Source of the DNA: Octopus sinensis
Lineage: Eukaryota
Length of the DNA stretch: 64,000 nt
Direction: 5' to 3'
Assembly (NCBI RefSeq): GCF_006345805.1
Contig: NC_042998.1
Coordinates: 4,960,001 to 5,024,000 of the forward strand
The notes under the pieces are model-generated. The model was not told the DNA's origin and searched no databases. It was given only the letters and a program-made list of their open reading frames with translations. Positions within the stretch are counted from its first letter, which is position 1. Every line of letters starts with the position of its first letter. Positions 14,363-28,049 of this stretch are shown piece after piece. Position numbers and translations under genes: made by a program.

Positions 14363-14492
14363 TAATAGAATAAGTACTGATAGAATAAGTACTGGGCTTA
14401 CAAAGAATAAGTCCCGGGGTCGATTTGCTCGACTAAAGGCGGTGCTCCAGCATGGCCGCAGTCAAATGACTGAAACAACTAAAAGAGAGAGA
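14363..14492 (+). mobile_element. 5'-truncated SINE-C (tail only)
   Basis: gatagaataagtactgggcttacaaagaataagtcccggggtcga...ccagcatggccgcagtcaaatgactgaaac. Confidence 0.9.
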
Positions 14493-15290
14493 GTAAAGTG
14501 TTTTGACTTCAATCCCAGCAATAGACCATTAAACATGCTTATAGAGAGGAAGCTATTTAAAAACATCAGTACGTCAGAGTGACAAAGAAACGAGGAGGGT
14601 ATCAGGTGGACATGAGATGTGCTAAAAATAACAGTTAAACAGCCCTTAAATCGGACACAAAAAACATTTTTTTTCCATAGTCGTATGAATTCCTAGTGCA
14701 GAAATACAAATTAGCTGAAAATTGCAAAAACTAGAAAAAGTTATGAGATGTTTTATGGGGTACTTAAAGCAAGATTCCACCTGGCTCTCTTCCTGATACA
14801 TTTATGTATCAAGCAGATAAGGAGAAAGGGTTATTGAAATTAGGCATTACTCATTTTGCCCCTGTTTAGATTGATTTTGAAAATTGAAAATGATCAAATT
14901 AGACATTAGTGTGGGAAAACATTGACTTGGAATCCAACGGAGGAAAGAATTTGAATTGTTGAAATCCAAAATTGTTTAGATATTCTATTATCAACCTCAA
15001 TTACAACAGGGTCAAATTTGAGGGAAAGTTTCTTGAAAAAAAATACTCGTTACTTGACGGTTTCAAACTGCCTCAGTTGCAACAACCAACGGTGGCTAAA
15101 GTTTACTCCCAAAGATGATGCAATACTTGCAATGTGATGTTTTCTGACAAGTAGTGAGAAGGCAGAGAGAAACTGGTAATAACTCATCTCGTCCCAGTTA
15201 TCAATTTTGCCCCACTTCCCTCCAGTTTTTTCAAGTATTTGACAAAATGACGAAAAATAGTAAAAAAGAAAGAAAGAAAGAAAAAGATTC

Positions 15291-15455
15291 TTATTTCTTT
15301 ACTGCCTACAAGGGGCTACACACAGAGGGGAAAAACAAGGACAAACGGATTAAGTCGATTATATCGACCCCAATGCGTAACTGGTACGTATTTAATCGAC
15401 CCCGAAAGAATGAAAGGCAAAGTCGACCTCGGCGGAATTTGAACTCAGAACGTAG
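15291..15455 (-). mobile_element. 5'-truncated SINE-A with TSD
   Basis: Family core present; flanking duplication agaaagaaaaa(a)gattct on both sides. Confidence 0.9.
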
Positions 15456-18193
15456 CGGCAAGAAAGAAAAAGATTCTGTTAAATGAAAGAATGTGAGCGT
15501 AAAAGCAATAATTCTAAAGTTGGAAAAAAATGCTTTGAGCTGTTGAGATGTAATTTTATAATTAAAACTAAATTCAGCATTTCAATTTTGGAGCATATAT
15601 ACAATACTAGCACTCTCCTAAAATAAGACCAGTTTTCAATGCCTCACTGGAATAATGAAGTTTACAGTGGCAATATATGTGTATGCCTATTTGTGTGTGT
15701 GTATGTGTGTGTGTATGTGTGTGTGAGTGAGTGTGTGTATGTGTCTTTAATGGCCAGTGGTCAATCTATGGTCTCTGTGCTCAGTCATACATTGAAAGAA
15801 GGAATTTAAACTAGAATTTGAACTTCTTTCTATCAATCTCTTTATCTTTATATACATCCATATTCTTTCACACACACACATACAAACACAAACACACACC
15901 ATCACAGATACGTACATATATTTCTTGGAGTGTTTTGTTGTTTTCTGTCAATGTCCCCAAAAGGAACTACAATTAATTCCCATGGGAATAGTGGTTGCTT
16001 TGGAATGAGTAGCAAAGTTGTTATTTTTCAATTGAATGATTTGATGTCACTAATGTACTTAAAACTGCTTATTTATCAAAAGAGAGGGTCCATTATATTT
16101 TTTACAATATGGTTGTTTATTGAAAGAGAACCTCTACATCAAGTTTGCTTTGAGGTGGCGGTACCCTATTTTGAGTGCTACATACTCTTCATAGCAGGAG
16201 GGCCCTCTTCGACTCCCTATAAATCCGGCCCTGGTTTAGGCGAATCAAACAGAATGAATAGTCAAATGCTAATCGCTAACCCAATGTTCTGGTCATAAAG
16301 ACATTATATTTCAAGCTTATTCACTTTCAGTGAACCCCATATAAGATCAATATATATAAGTTATTGTTTATGCTTCTTTATTTCCATAGTATACAGCATG
16401 ACGCATGTCTAGAAATTAGCATAATCTCTTTAGCGCTTTCTATCGTGGGAACTACCAAATATAAATATATTACATTATTTAGAGGCACATTATACCTTTC
16501 AGTATTTGAAACAGTGTTTGAACTTGAGTCCCTTAGAATGATATCGCAGAAAAGCCATCACATCTTTTAAAATTAATAATTTCCTCTTGATTGTTAAAAT
16601 GTGAAGACAAATTTCATTTCCAATATATTCTTCATACTCCGTCAGGAAGAAAAGTCTTTTATTTTAACGTATTAGACCTAACTACATTTAAATTAAGTAT
16701 TTAGGCTATTTGTAGTGTTATTAAAAGTGATATGGCACAAATTAATTCAGCTACTACATTTCCACTGCTAATAAAATCGTAATTACATTTAGGAGATCAA
16801 ATAATTCTCATAAATTACGAATATACTCTAACCAAATAGACATGGTTCTTTGAAACAGAAATAATTCATCGCTATTTCTCTGAGTAGAAATTATTGGGCC
16901 TGTAATTATTTTATATTATCATAGTTTGATTGAGAGTATAGTTTGGTACATAGGACAGAGTATTCGCTTTGCTAGAAAAACTATATATAGTATATAGTTT
17001 CCATTTCAATGTATCTCAATTGAGGAAGATTCAAAATAAAGCACACTGTATAATGAAGGATAATTGATGTATTGATAGTGTTTTAGTAAAAGTGAAGTTT
17101 GAATAGAGTAAGGAATCTCATATCAAGAGGGTAACTTATAATGATAACAATGAAATAGCTTCGGGATGAGTCATTGGAGGCTGATGGTTCAATCACGGAG
17201 ATATCTTCATTTGTAATATAATGTAGAAATACGTGTTTTTGCTTGTTTCAGGAAGACTATTAGACATGCTTAGAAAGTACACTTACAGACTTGTGATAAT
17301 GAATCCGCCAGTTGTTACTTTCACGCACACGCACACACACACACACACACACACCACACACACACACAGAGGCACAAAGACATGCTCACACGTACACACA
17401 CACACATATGCACACCAATTCATATAATCTGCGTTGAAAATAAAAAGGTGTAATTTCTTTTAATTATACATATATACACACATCCGATTATATCTTTGAA
17501 TAAGAAAAAGTAAGCTCAGTAAAATAAAACCGATAAACTGTTCAATTGAGAAAACGAGGCCATAAAATGGATTGGCATTAGTAATAATTATAGAAGACTT
17601 AGATTAGTCTAATGAGAAAACAAGATAATAAAATGGACAGGAAGAAATGACAGCTTAAGAAGCTTTCCATAACGTTAATGAGGAAACCAGGTAACAAGTC
17701 TTCATTTCATAGTTTAAGGAAGTGATTAATCTTGAAATTTATACATCTTCCTTTTACAAACATTTCAAATTCAAGTGGAATATTTCCCACAATCAGATAT
17801 TAACTTGTCCGAGTTTTCTCTCTTATCTTCATTCACTGTTATCGATTCTTCTCATTTATCAATTAATCAAGCATTCTAAAATCTTGACTGGTTTATAGAT
17901 TTCTTATAATATTTTGAAACTTTGCTTGGTATATAGATTTAGTGACGTGTCTTCAATTATCTTCCTAAAATCGATAAAATTTGATCACATTCTGATCTAA
18001 AACGTCATAAATTATGGAAAGATACCGATATTTTGTGCAGCTTTTTTTGTGTAAAAATATGCTTTTCCTAATTTTCGTATTTCTTTTCTTTGTTTTTTTT
18101 TGTTATTGAAGACGTACCGCAGCACAAGAGTACTACAGATTCCTGCGTTAATATGCTTTAGTTATATATATATATATATGTGTATATATATAT

Positions 18194-18241
<48 letters not shown>

Positions 18242-18270
18242 CATATAAATACACACACACACTCACACAC

Positions 18271-18302
<32 letters not shown>

Positions 18303-18631
18303 GCATATATGTGTGTGTGGTGTGTGTGTGTTCATACATGCATTTTGTGTACATGTGAGGGAGAAGGCGTGGAAGCAAAGTGGATGCTACCATTAGATTG
18401 ACATTTTGAGTCGAGCCCAATATTCGATGTTTCATTTAATCTTTATGGAATATTATTGTTTCTCAAAAATTTTCTTTTAACAGGCTTATTCAGACATATT
18501 ATTATAAGTCTTTGAATCTTTGGAAATCTTACCTATGACAAATTCATCCTCAAGCCCGAGAATATTTCTATCGTGAAACTAAGTATGAAACTTTTGAATT
18601 TTAAGAGTTAATTGTAATGTTATTTTTAGTG

Positions 18632-19800
18632 TAGTGGCAGAATGACTAGCATACCGAAAAGACGGTTAGCAGTATTTTGTCTGGCTTTAAGGTGTCGAGC
18701 TGGCAGAAACATTAGCACGCCGGGCGAAATACGTAGCCGTATTTCGTTTGCCGTTACGTTCTGAGTTCAAATTCCGCCGAGGTCGACTTTACCTTTTATC
18801 CTTTCGGGGTCGATAAATAAAGTACCAGTTACGCACTGGGTCGATGTAATCGACTTAATCCGTTTGTCTGTCCTTGTTTGTCCCCTCTATGTTTAGCCCC
18901 TTGTGGGCAATAAAGAAATAAGTATTTCGTCTGCCGCTACGTTCTGAGTTCAAATTCCGCCGAGGTCGACTTTGCCTTTCATCCTTTCCGGGTCGATTAA
19001 ATAAGTACCAGTTACACACTGGCGTCGATATAATCAACTTAATCCGTTTGTCTGTCCTTGTTTGTCCCCTCTATGTTTAGTCCCTTGTGGGCAATAAAGA
19101 AATAAGTATTTCGTCTGCCGCTACGTTCTGAGTTCAAATTCCGCCGAGGTCGACTTTGCCTTTCATCCTTTCCGGGTCGATTAAATAAGTACCAATTACG
19201 CACTGGGTCGATGTAATCGACTTAATCCGTTTTTCTGTCCTTGTTTGTCCCCTCTATGTTTAGCCCCTTGTGGGCAATAAAGAAATAAGTATTTCGTCTG
19301 CCGCTACGCTCTGAGTTCAAATTCCGCCGAGGTCGACTTTGCCTTTCATCCTTTCTGGGTCGATTAAATAAGTACCAGTTACACACTGGCGTCGATATAA
19401 TCAACTTAATCCGTTTGTCTGTCCTTGTTTTTCCTCTCTGTGTGTAGCCCCTTGTAGGTAGTAAAGAAATAAGAAACGTCAACATTCCGGGCGAAATGCT
19501 TAACAGTATTTTGTCTGTATTTACGTTCTGAGTTCAAATTCCGCCAAGGTCGATTTTGCCTTTCATCCTTTCGTATTCAATAAATTAAGTACCAGTTACC
19601 TACTGGGGTTGGCCTAATCGACTGACCCCTTCCCCAAAACTTTCGGGCTTTGTGACTAGAGTAGAAAAGAGTATTTTGTCCGGCTTTACGTTGCGAGTTC
19701 AAATCTTGCTAAAATCGTCTTTGCCTTTCATTCTTTCAAGGTCAACAAAATAAGTGACTCGATTATCCCTTCCTCTAAAAGTTTCAGACCTTGCACCCGT
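18632..19800 (+). mobile_element. Nested SINE-A cluster: an old copy split at its GTATT site by a cassette of four ~183 bp tandem units plus one unit of another subfamily
   Basis: Units start at 18739, 18922, 19106 and 19289; a second-subfamily unit spans 19472-19670. 17-bp duplication gtattttgtc(t/c)ggcttt at 18672-18688 and 19671-19687. Confidence 0.9.
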
Positions 19801-20942
19801 AATCGATAAAATTATATCCATTTCACCCAGGGATGCCGTTGTAGGAGGAATTACGTAACAGGATAAAGAACAAAAACACACGTGATATTACTGGCATGTA
19901 GTTTGTCAAGCTCAGCGTAGTGAAAAGTCTGTTTATTCTAGTAATGTCTGAGCTTGAATTGCATCGAACATGTAGTTCGTCTTTCTTTATATTGAATATG
20001 TTCATACTATTAATATTGTAGCTTTTAGATATTCAATTTAAAGATTAATACAAAGCAAGCACACATTTGCATAATCTTTCTTAAAAACGCTCCTTACTCA
20101 CATTAACAAATAGTTGAATACCTCTCTGTATTATTTCCTCTATTTAATATTGCCTTGTTTAGATTTTCCATCGTAGTTATTTACATTATACGTCTGCAAT
20201 ACGCTAATAGACATTCGTAAGGCGTTTTTGGTATTTTTGATGTTGTATCGTAAATTCCCATTGAAGTTTGAAGTATAAGTTTACGGTAACCTATTTTCTA
20301 ACTTAATGCTGGTGTAATCTTTATTGTTCTTGCGATTTTATTCCCCTGGAAAATTTAAGCAGACACAGTGAAAGATATTCTATGCACGCCCCTCTCATAT
20401 CTACTTCCCTTTTCTAAGACAATATGGCTACTGTTTCTATCAGGTCGAGCAGCCGCGGGAAGTTACCTTCGTAAGCTACATTTGTTTGATGTTCAAATGA
20501 TTGGAGTTCATTTTGAATATCTGACACATTCGTGATAGGTCAGACATTTTCTGTGTAACAAAAAGCGATAATGACTGTTAAGACAATTGATGAAATCAAA
20601 TATTTTCATATTGAATATAGAAATCGTCTGTTTACAAAGCGAAGGATTAATTCAAATACTGAACTCATATACTGATATAATAAATATTACTACTATAAAC
20701 TGAATTGCTATTTGCATACATCCAGTATATATTGATATGCTTCTGCATGCGTCAAGCATATCCATGTCAAATGTTAGCACTATTAACTGAAATATGAGTG
20801 TTGATATTAAATGAGGGTATAGTTTTATTTTTCCGTGATACATAGATTCATGCACACATATACCTATAAATATATATACCTATATATATATATATACACA
20901 CGCACACACACATACATAAATACATATACTATGTATATATAT

Positions 20943-21145
20943 AGTTAATCCAAACAAGAAAACAAAAGACAACAACGCAAGGACGTGGAACAAATAAAGT
21001 ATTATTGGACACTCAGGAAAGAAGGGAAGAAGTAGGGTTTGACGTTTCGAGCGGAGCTCTTCGTCGGAAACATAGGAGAAGGAAAGGTCCCGAGAAGGGA
21101 AGACAGAGGAAAAAAATCGCTAGTGATACAGACGAGGTCACATAC
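20943..21145 (+). mobile_element. Interspersed repeat with a Penelope-like terminal motif, embedded in (TA)n
   Basis: gacgtttcgagcggagctcttcgtcggaaac resembles the cgtttcg...tc(a)tcgg ends of Penelope-like elements; class assignment is by pattern only. A similar style of remnant lies at about 53775-53825. Confidence 0.4.
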
Positions 21146-21221
21146 TAAATATATATATATGCATATATATGATACATATATGTATATATATATATATATG
21201 ATATGCATATATATATTTGTA

Positions 21222-21271
<50 letters not shown>

Positions 21272-21277
21272 ATCTGC

Positions 21278-21309
<32 letters not shown>

Positions 21310-22934
21310 GCATACATACACACATTCATGCATGCACAATCACTAACATATACCCGCATCCATATGCAGATATTGCGAGGGAAAGAGGTAATTTTAACTG
21401 ATATTATAGTCTAGGTTGAACAAACTCGTAATAAATTAAAGTGAAGAGACTCTACACTTGCAATATCTGTAATAAAATAAAAGAATAAATGAAATAAATA
21501 AAATGAAAAAAAAAGGGTAAAAGAAAATTAGTTCAGGGAATGCTACAAACAGTTGGAAACCAAACAAGAAAATAAAAATAAAGGAAAAGATGTTTAGTAA
21601 AAATACAGCAGGACTATTGTACAGATTAAACACAAGTATGGACCGAGATACGGTTACATACCTCCAGGTTATTAGAATACTGGATAATCAGATGTTGCAT
21701 CAGGAATTGAATCGGATTATTGGTGTTGTGTTTTCACAGTGCAGCGTCAAATTCAGGATAAGATCTGCCAAAATTACTAACATTTAGCAAACAACCGTAT
21801 TTCATGCTGAGAAAATGTACTGGAATACATATATTAAATATACAAACTACATCCATATTTCCTCCATATTTAACCTGGTTGTTGCAGTATACTGTTTTCA
21901 CATTCCCTTACAGTATTGACCACCTCTCCATTATTTATAGCACAAGAATATTTATCAACCCAATGGCCACGAAATGGTAGAGTCTTTAAAACATTTGGTA
22001 AACTACCTGCTCTTATTAGTTTTGTGCGTTTTACGTTATGAGTTCAAATTCTGAAAAGGGTTGTTTGAATTTGTCTTTCGCATTTTCGCAATCAGTAAGT
22101 ATAATGCCATTCCATTTCATTACATTCTGACATATAAGTTCATTATTTTGCCTCTGACTCAGTTGAATATTCTATAAAATGTATAAAAGAAACTTCATAA
22201 CCAGTTTAGAGCCTATACCTCTCCTAGTGAAAATAGAAAAATATCGAAACAGCTGATATCAGACTTCGAGCAAATATTACATAGTCGTATACTTATTAAG
22301 CACTTTATAAAAATACTCTTTTACAAGATAATGACCGCGAAACATATACAGTACTTAATAATTAAACTTTTGAATAAATGTTATTTCTAGACATTGTCAC
22401 GTCTTGTACCCATTATTTGGTAGAAATATGTAACTATAGTAGTTCTGGAAATATGTACGCGTGTATGCGTTTGGCTAGGTATTGACATATTTATGAAAGT
22501 GAATGCATAATTTATCTGCATAAGTGGATATGTTTCTATGTGCTTTATATTGGTATGTATGCACAGATGCATATACAAATGTTTACATACTATAGAAACA
22601 CTGTATTGATAAACAGCATTTCTATAAACGTTGTTTCAATCTTTAAAATATCTCCTAATTTATTCGTTTCAGATTTGAAACCTAAACGTAAATGCATCAT
22701 ATTCATGTATTTTAAACATGTTAGTGAATTTTGTTGTATTTGGCCTCGTTTAAACATTATTTCAAACGCAAAGGACACACTGATAGACAGATGCTATTTT
22801 TCAAAAAGTTACTTTGATGGTGAAATATCTTTTCGCCATTTTTTGTTTTGTTGTCATGCTTGTTTCTCCCCCTTTGGTGTTATTTTTTGCCATACCTCAG
22901 CATGATAGCCACCACTCGATCAACCCCTTCCTCG

Positions 22935-22936
22935 TC

Positions 22937-22969
<33 letters not shown>

Positions 22970-23215
22970 GCCGACGCCGCCATCACCACCACCACCACCA
23001 CAACAACAACAACAACAACAGCAACAACAATTACAACAGCCACAACAAGAGTACCATGTCCACCACTATCATTATTTTACGTGCTACTGAAACTAAGTAC
23101 ACGAATATTCAAGAATTATAAAAATGCTGCTATGAATAATGATAATAGTGAGGATGTTTTGGTGGTGGAGGTTGTGGTGATGGTGGTAGTGTTGGTGTTG
23201 TTGTTTTTGTTGTTG

Positions 23216-23247
<32 letters not shown>

Positions 23248-23320
23248 AATAGTAATGGAAGCAGTGATGATGATTTTGAGGATAACAACATCATCATCAT
23301 CATCATCATCATCACCATAA
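22935..23320. repeat. Compound trinucleotide microsatellites (ATC, ACC, AAC; TGG, TTG)
   Basis: Visible runs; source of poly-Thr/Ser/Gln ORFs. Confidence 0.95.
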
Positions 23321-23856
23321 GAGAAACGATAGTTCTATCTCAGGAAAACACTAGAGACAAACATATTACATTGTGTTTCAACAGATTTTAAAATAACTTT
23401 TATAACTTTACTTTTCTCCAATCTTCTGTCCAATTTAACGAAAGCTACATCAACAGTAGTAGAAAAAAAATAACAAACACATGATTAAAATATGCGATAT
23501 TTGTAGCAACAACATAAAGCGTACATTATTATTTATAAGAGTAACCTCAAGAAAATGGAACTCGGTTATAAAAATAACAACATGAACAAGCTCAAAAATG
23601 GACACCGACAATAACTTCCAACAGCTGTGGTGTTTCCACAATGGCAAACACAAAATTGTTAGCATCAACAGCAAGATTATTACCAGCAACGCTACTGCAT
23701 TAACTGTATCAATATAAACAACATCTCTAATTTTATCAAAAGTAGCGTCGTGAACAATATCATAACAACTTGTGGATGGATCGTAAGTCTATTTGCAGTT
23801 GATTGATCTAATAGAAATGACAGCTGAATCTCCCTCTTCTTCAAATCCCACCTTAA

Positions 23857-24490
23857 CCCTTTAGTATTTAAACCGGCCATTTCCGGCCCAAATATTCTAT
23901 CGGTTTTATATTAAGTCTGGCCATATTAAGTCTCTCACACCTACCATCCAATGTCATTCTAAAAATAAGCAACGCAGGGGTGGCTGTGTGGTAAGTAGCT
24001 TGCTAACCAACCACATGGTTCCGGGTTCAGTCCCACTGCGTGGCAACTTGGGCAAGTGTCTTCTGCTATAGCCCCGGGCCGACCAATGCCTTGTGAGTGG
24101 ATTTGGTAGACGGGAACTGAAAGAAGCCTGTCGTATATATGTATATATATGTATATGTATGTATGTGTATGTGTTTGTGTGTCTGTGTTTGTCCCCCTAG
24201 CATTGCTTGACAACCGATGTTGGTGTGTTTATGTCCCCGTTACTTAGCGGTTCGGCAAAAAGAGACCGATAGAATAAGTACTGGGCTTACAAAGAATAAG
24301 CCCCGGGGTCGATTTGCTCGACTAAAGGCGGTGCTCCAACATGGCCGCAGTCAAATTACTGAAACATGTAAAAAGAAAAAGAAAAAGAAATATCATCAAA
24401 ATCTCGAAGCTACAAGACATGCATGATTACTTCAAAACAGTGTGAATCAAAAAGCATTAGATTTGATGGAGTACTCTGAATATTAAAGGG
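23857..24490. mobile_element. piggyBac-type non-autonomous element (MITE) interrupted by a SINE-C
   Basis: TTAA at 23853-23856 and 24491-24494; terminal inverted repeats ccctttagtatt / aatattaaaggg (11 of 12 match). Confidence 0.85.
23971..24390 (+). mobile_element. Full-length SINE-C nested in the piggyBac-type MITE
   Basis: Matches 11164-11597; internal (TA)/(TATG) tract. Confidence 0.95.
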
Positions 24491-26194
24491 TTAAAGCCAC
24501 TAAAAACTTAAATGACGTATAAATATTTAGCTCGAAACAAATAAAGACATGTTGGTTAGGTTTAGGTGGATAACTGCAACCACGTTCAAGTTTACGAAGG
24601 CGTTATGAAAAACCAGTAAAATCAAGGAAATTTACTAAAACTTACGATAGCAATGTAAATCGAAAATCAAACACTGAAGGAGCATCTACATTGTGGCCGC
24701 GCCTGTTAGGGGCAGCTGTCACATCATTCTCAAATCACCCCATCGTTGTAAATCGATCAAAGATAATTTATATTACGTGGTCCTTGATAATTCTCAAAAC
24801 AAATGGCTATGCCTAAATAACATTGTATCAGATATTTGAGCAATTAGCGCTGATCTGGTATTACAAAGAAACTAAATTCACAACAACAATAAGAAGATCA
24901 TGAATATTGATGGTCTGGTGTAGTCGGTTAAAAGGAGGTTCATTATTACAATGTTACTAAATTTATTGTCTCATAAAAAGATAATATCGAAATTGACCAT
25001 AGTTGAAAGCGAACTCAGACGATAAAAGTACGGAGTTTAATGCCACAATCCGTTTTATCGCAAACTCTTTTGATTTTTGCCTCCCTCCAACTGCTCTGGG
25101 AAAGAAGCTCAATAATATTGCAATAATAACTAATGTATAATATCGAAATCAACAAAGCATCAACTAAAACATTAAAAACAGATTCTACCAAGAAAATGCA
25201 AAACAGCTGACCAGCTAAATGTATTCCCAACAAATGAACTAACGCGAATGTCTCTCGGATGCTTCACAACTGGCAAGAAAAAAAAGCATGTAATTTCCAC
25301 TCAACGTCTAAACCTGTCATTTAAAATAAGGAAGGATGTATTACTCACAGCAGAAAAGCTTCTGAACATAAGTCAGGTCAAGGTCAAAAAGGGTTGGTAG
25401 AAGTTATTTATCACCAAATTCAAAAGGCTTGTATTTAATAGGTACATGTATGTTTCTGAAGTGAACCACAATGTAAAACAATTAGGTGTATTGGGATACA
25501 GAAACTCACAACAATTTTACTGTATATACATGCATTTATATATAATCATGTATGTATAATCATGTATATACATGCGTGCTTGTATATATGAGCAGTATGT
25601 ATTTGTGAATGATGTACGCATTTCTATGTCTTTGTGCGTTAGTGTGTACATTAAAACTTTCGAAACTGGCGTCGTGTCTTAACGCATGACTTAGTGTTAT
25701 ATGTGCAAATGTCAATATGATTGAATAAAAGAAATCCTTGAATGCTTCGTCTCAGCATGACGGAAGTCCAATGCCTACAAAAATATAAAAACAAACAAGC
25801 CAATTCGAAACAGAAATCATCACCATCTTCACATCTAAACTCGTGCACTATGGAAACATATTCAATCTCATGAGAAATTATTTATGAACGTGTAAGGAAT
25901 CCTCTAGGTAAGCATCTTCATTTGTCCAATGCAGCACTGAAGTGTCTCTCAACGAATTCTAGCTATTATCATTCAGTAACAAGATGTTTTATGTCCTGCA
26001 TCTAATGACATGGAGCTCGAAAGTAAAGTACAATCGGATTGGTCGGAATCCTGGCTCTGGTTAGTTTAAATAAGGTGAATTGATGCTACGTTGAGTACTA
26101 TGTGCATATACTCAATGCCGGGTTGATCGTTTTGACTGCCTTATGTCTTATCTTTGAGCAGGAGATTTCTGAGATTCTCAATAGAAATAATAGT

Positions 26195-26226
26195 TCTTGT
26201 CATCATCATCATCATCATTGGTTTTG

Positions 26227-26264
<38 letters not shown>

Positions 26265-26530
26265 GTCATCATTGTTTTAGTCATCCTCTTCCTCATCATT
26301 ATCACCATCATTATCCTCATCATTGTCATCATCGTCATCATCGTCATCTTCGTCGTCCACGTCGTCATTGTCGTCATCAACATCACTATCATCATCATCA
26401 GGGTCATCGTGGTCATCGTCGTCGTCGTCGTCGTCGTCATTGTCGTCATCAACATCACTATCATCATCATCATCATCATCATCCTCACCATTACCGTTCT
26501 TATCGTCGTTGTTGTCCTCATCATCACCCA
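26195..26530. repeat. (ATC/GTC)n degenerate trinucleotide array with internal duplication
   Basis: Visible run; cgtcattgtcgtcatcaacatcactatcatcatcatca occurs twice. Source of poly-His/Asp/Met ORFs. Confidence 0.9.
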
Positions 26531-26849
26531 CTCTAAAATAAAATACAAAAATAACAAATAAACTCATATCCTTCGTTTTTTATTATTATCTCTGTTACTG
26601 ACATGTTGCTACTTATCCATATGACGATATCCTCTTGTTATGGATTAATATTTCAAATATTCTCGTCCAGATTGACTTAACTTTCTATCCTTCGGGAGTC
26701 GATAAAAAGAAGAATATACTGAGTCAATATAACCGACATATTCCCCCACTAAAAATATATGTCAAAACTTGTGTGTGTATATACACATACATGCATAGCA
26801 ATTTCAACCATGTTTCGTGGTCTTGTACCACAACAGCCTCTTTATAGGA

Positions 26850-27230
26850 TCTAGTTAGCTCAAGACATTATCAGGAGGAGCCACGTCCGGTTTCGGCCCC
26901 TACTATTCTACCGTTTTGATGTCCCCCCCCCCTTTCGGAGGTGTCTTCAGCTCTGGTGTTGGGTGCATGTCTTCTTTCTCCTTCTTTCTTCTCTTCCCTG
27001 GCTTCTTCGATGTAGCGTCAACGAGTGTAGCGGGCGACTGTCTTGTCAAATTTCCCGGTAAATACACGATGAAAGACTCCAGCATTCAGCTCCTGCAAGT
27101 TGTCACGTGACACTGTCTAAACTTTGACTGACCAATGGAGGGCGCGTAGTCTTAGCCCACGCATTCTCTAAACGAGACCGTCACCTGTCAATCAGCGCAG
27201 TTACTTCAGTGTCAACCTGTCTCACCTAAT
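26850..27230 (-). mobile_element. Penelope-like element terminal (pseudo-LTR) remnant
   Basis: Minus strand has ctgaagacacctccgaaag and ggccgaaaccggacgtggctcctcctgataatgtc, resembling the ctgaaga...ccgaaacg ends of GIY-YIG retroelements; no protein motif confirmed. Confidence 0.4.
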
Positions 27231-27254
27231 GATGTTATTTTCCTGTCGGCATGT

Positions 27255-27360
27255 TATGAATTTGAAGCCATTTTTGGTCTTCCCGCTTCAGCCATATATA
27301 GAAGCTGGCTTTTTCGACCACCTCCTGTATTCGCCTTATTAGGTTTCTCAGTTCCGAGCT
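27255..27360 (-). mobile_element. C-terminal remnant of a NeSL/HERO-like RLE non-LTR retrotransposon
   Basis: Minus frame reads LRNLIRRIQEVVEKASFYIWLKREDQKW, matching the C-terminal E-x-AS-x-W(I/L)W-x-KR...W signature. Confidence 0.65.
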
Positions 27361-27392
27361 TTATTTGTGAGTGTGTATATACACACATATAC

Positions 27393-27434
<42 letters not shown>

Positions 27435-27437
<3 letters not shown>

Positions 27438-27875
27438 TGCACCCAGAATCACGCTAATAGCTTAGCAGTGAAATTTAGGATTCCTCGGTTTTCTATCAAT
27501 CAATTTTGAATTATATTTTACCAGTTGGTTCGCACACTATGACAACACCATTGTTATGTTTTCATTATTCTGTGTAACGTCCTTTCTTTTTTATTTCAGA
27601 TTCTTCAGTTTTGGGGGAACCACGCTAATAGCGTCTCTCCTCTCTAAGAACAATGGGACGTGAAAAAGGTCTTAACGATGAGGAAAGCCTGTCATCATAA
27701 AGGAAAGTTCAGAAGTCACCGCTCTTCAAGTAACTGCGAGAAATTAGGTCGTCATGTGGACACGGTTTGACGATTACTTCACCAAGGAAGAAACGATCCG
27801 ATTGTGGTACCTCCAAGAATGTGACAGCTAAGGATTTAAGGAATATTTGCTGCAAGTTACGTACCGAAAACCACC
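27435..27875 (+). mobile_element. Tc1-like DNA transposon 5' fragment (transposase N-terminal HTH, frameshifted)
   Basis: From ATG near 27653: MGREKGLNDEE...ARKLGRHVDTV*RLLHQGR.RSDCGTSKNVTAKDLRNI; an upstream pyrimidine tract ends in tttcag. Confidence 0.7.
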
Positions 27876-28049
27876 AGAAATTGCATTCACGGGACCGTGG
27901 CTTCGTTTAAGAACCCCTAACACTTCCTCCTTTGTCGCACCACCACAGGAGTTTGAGGATTCAATGCCCCCCACCACCAGCTATGATGTTAGACATGAGC
28001 TGTGTCCCGTTCACATGATCAACAAGTTTGAGGGAGAGAGTAAATTGAA

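Noticed and set aside
20446-20472. Possible 27-nt microexon (tttctatcag|...|gtaagc)
   Set aside because: Splice-like motifs of this strength arise by chance in 64 kb and there are no partner exons; RNA-seq would be needed.
22814-23320. 168-aa ORF resembling a signal-peptide, mucin-like protein
   Set aside because: Made of trinucleotide SSRs; the hydrophobic start is AT-rich chance sequence.
26102-26567. Poly-His, poly-Asp and poly-Met ORFs
   Set aside because: All frames are open only because of the (ATC/GTC)n repeat; there is no unique coding context or splice support.
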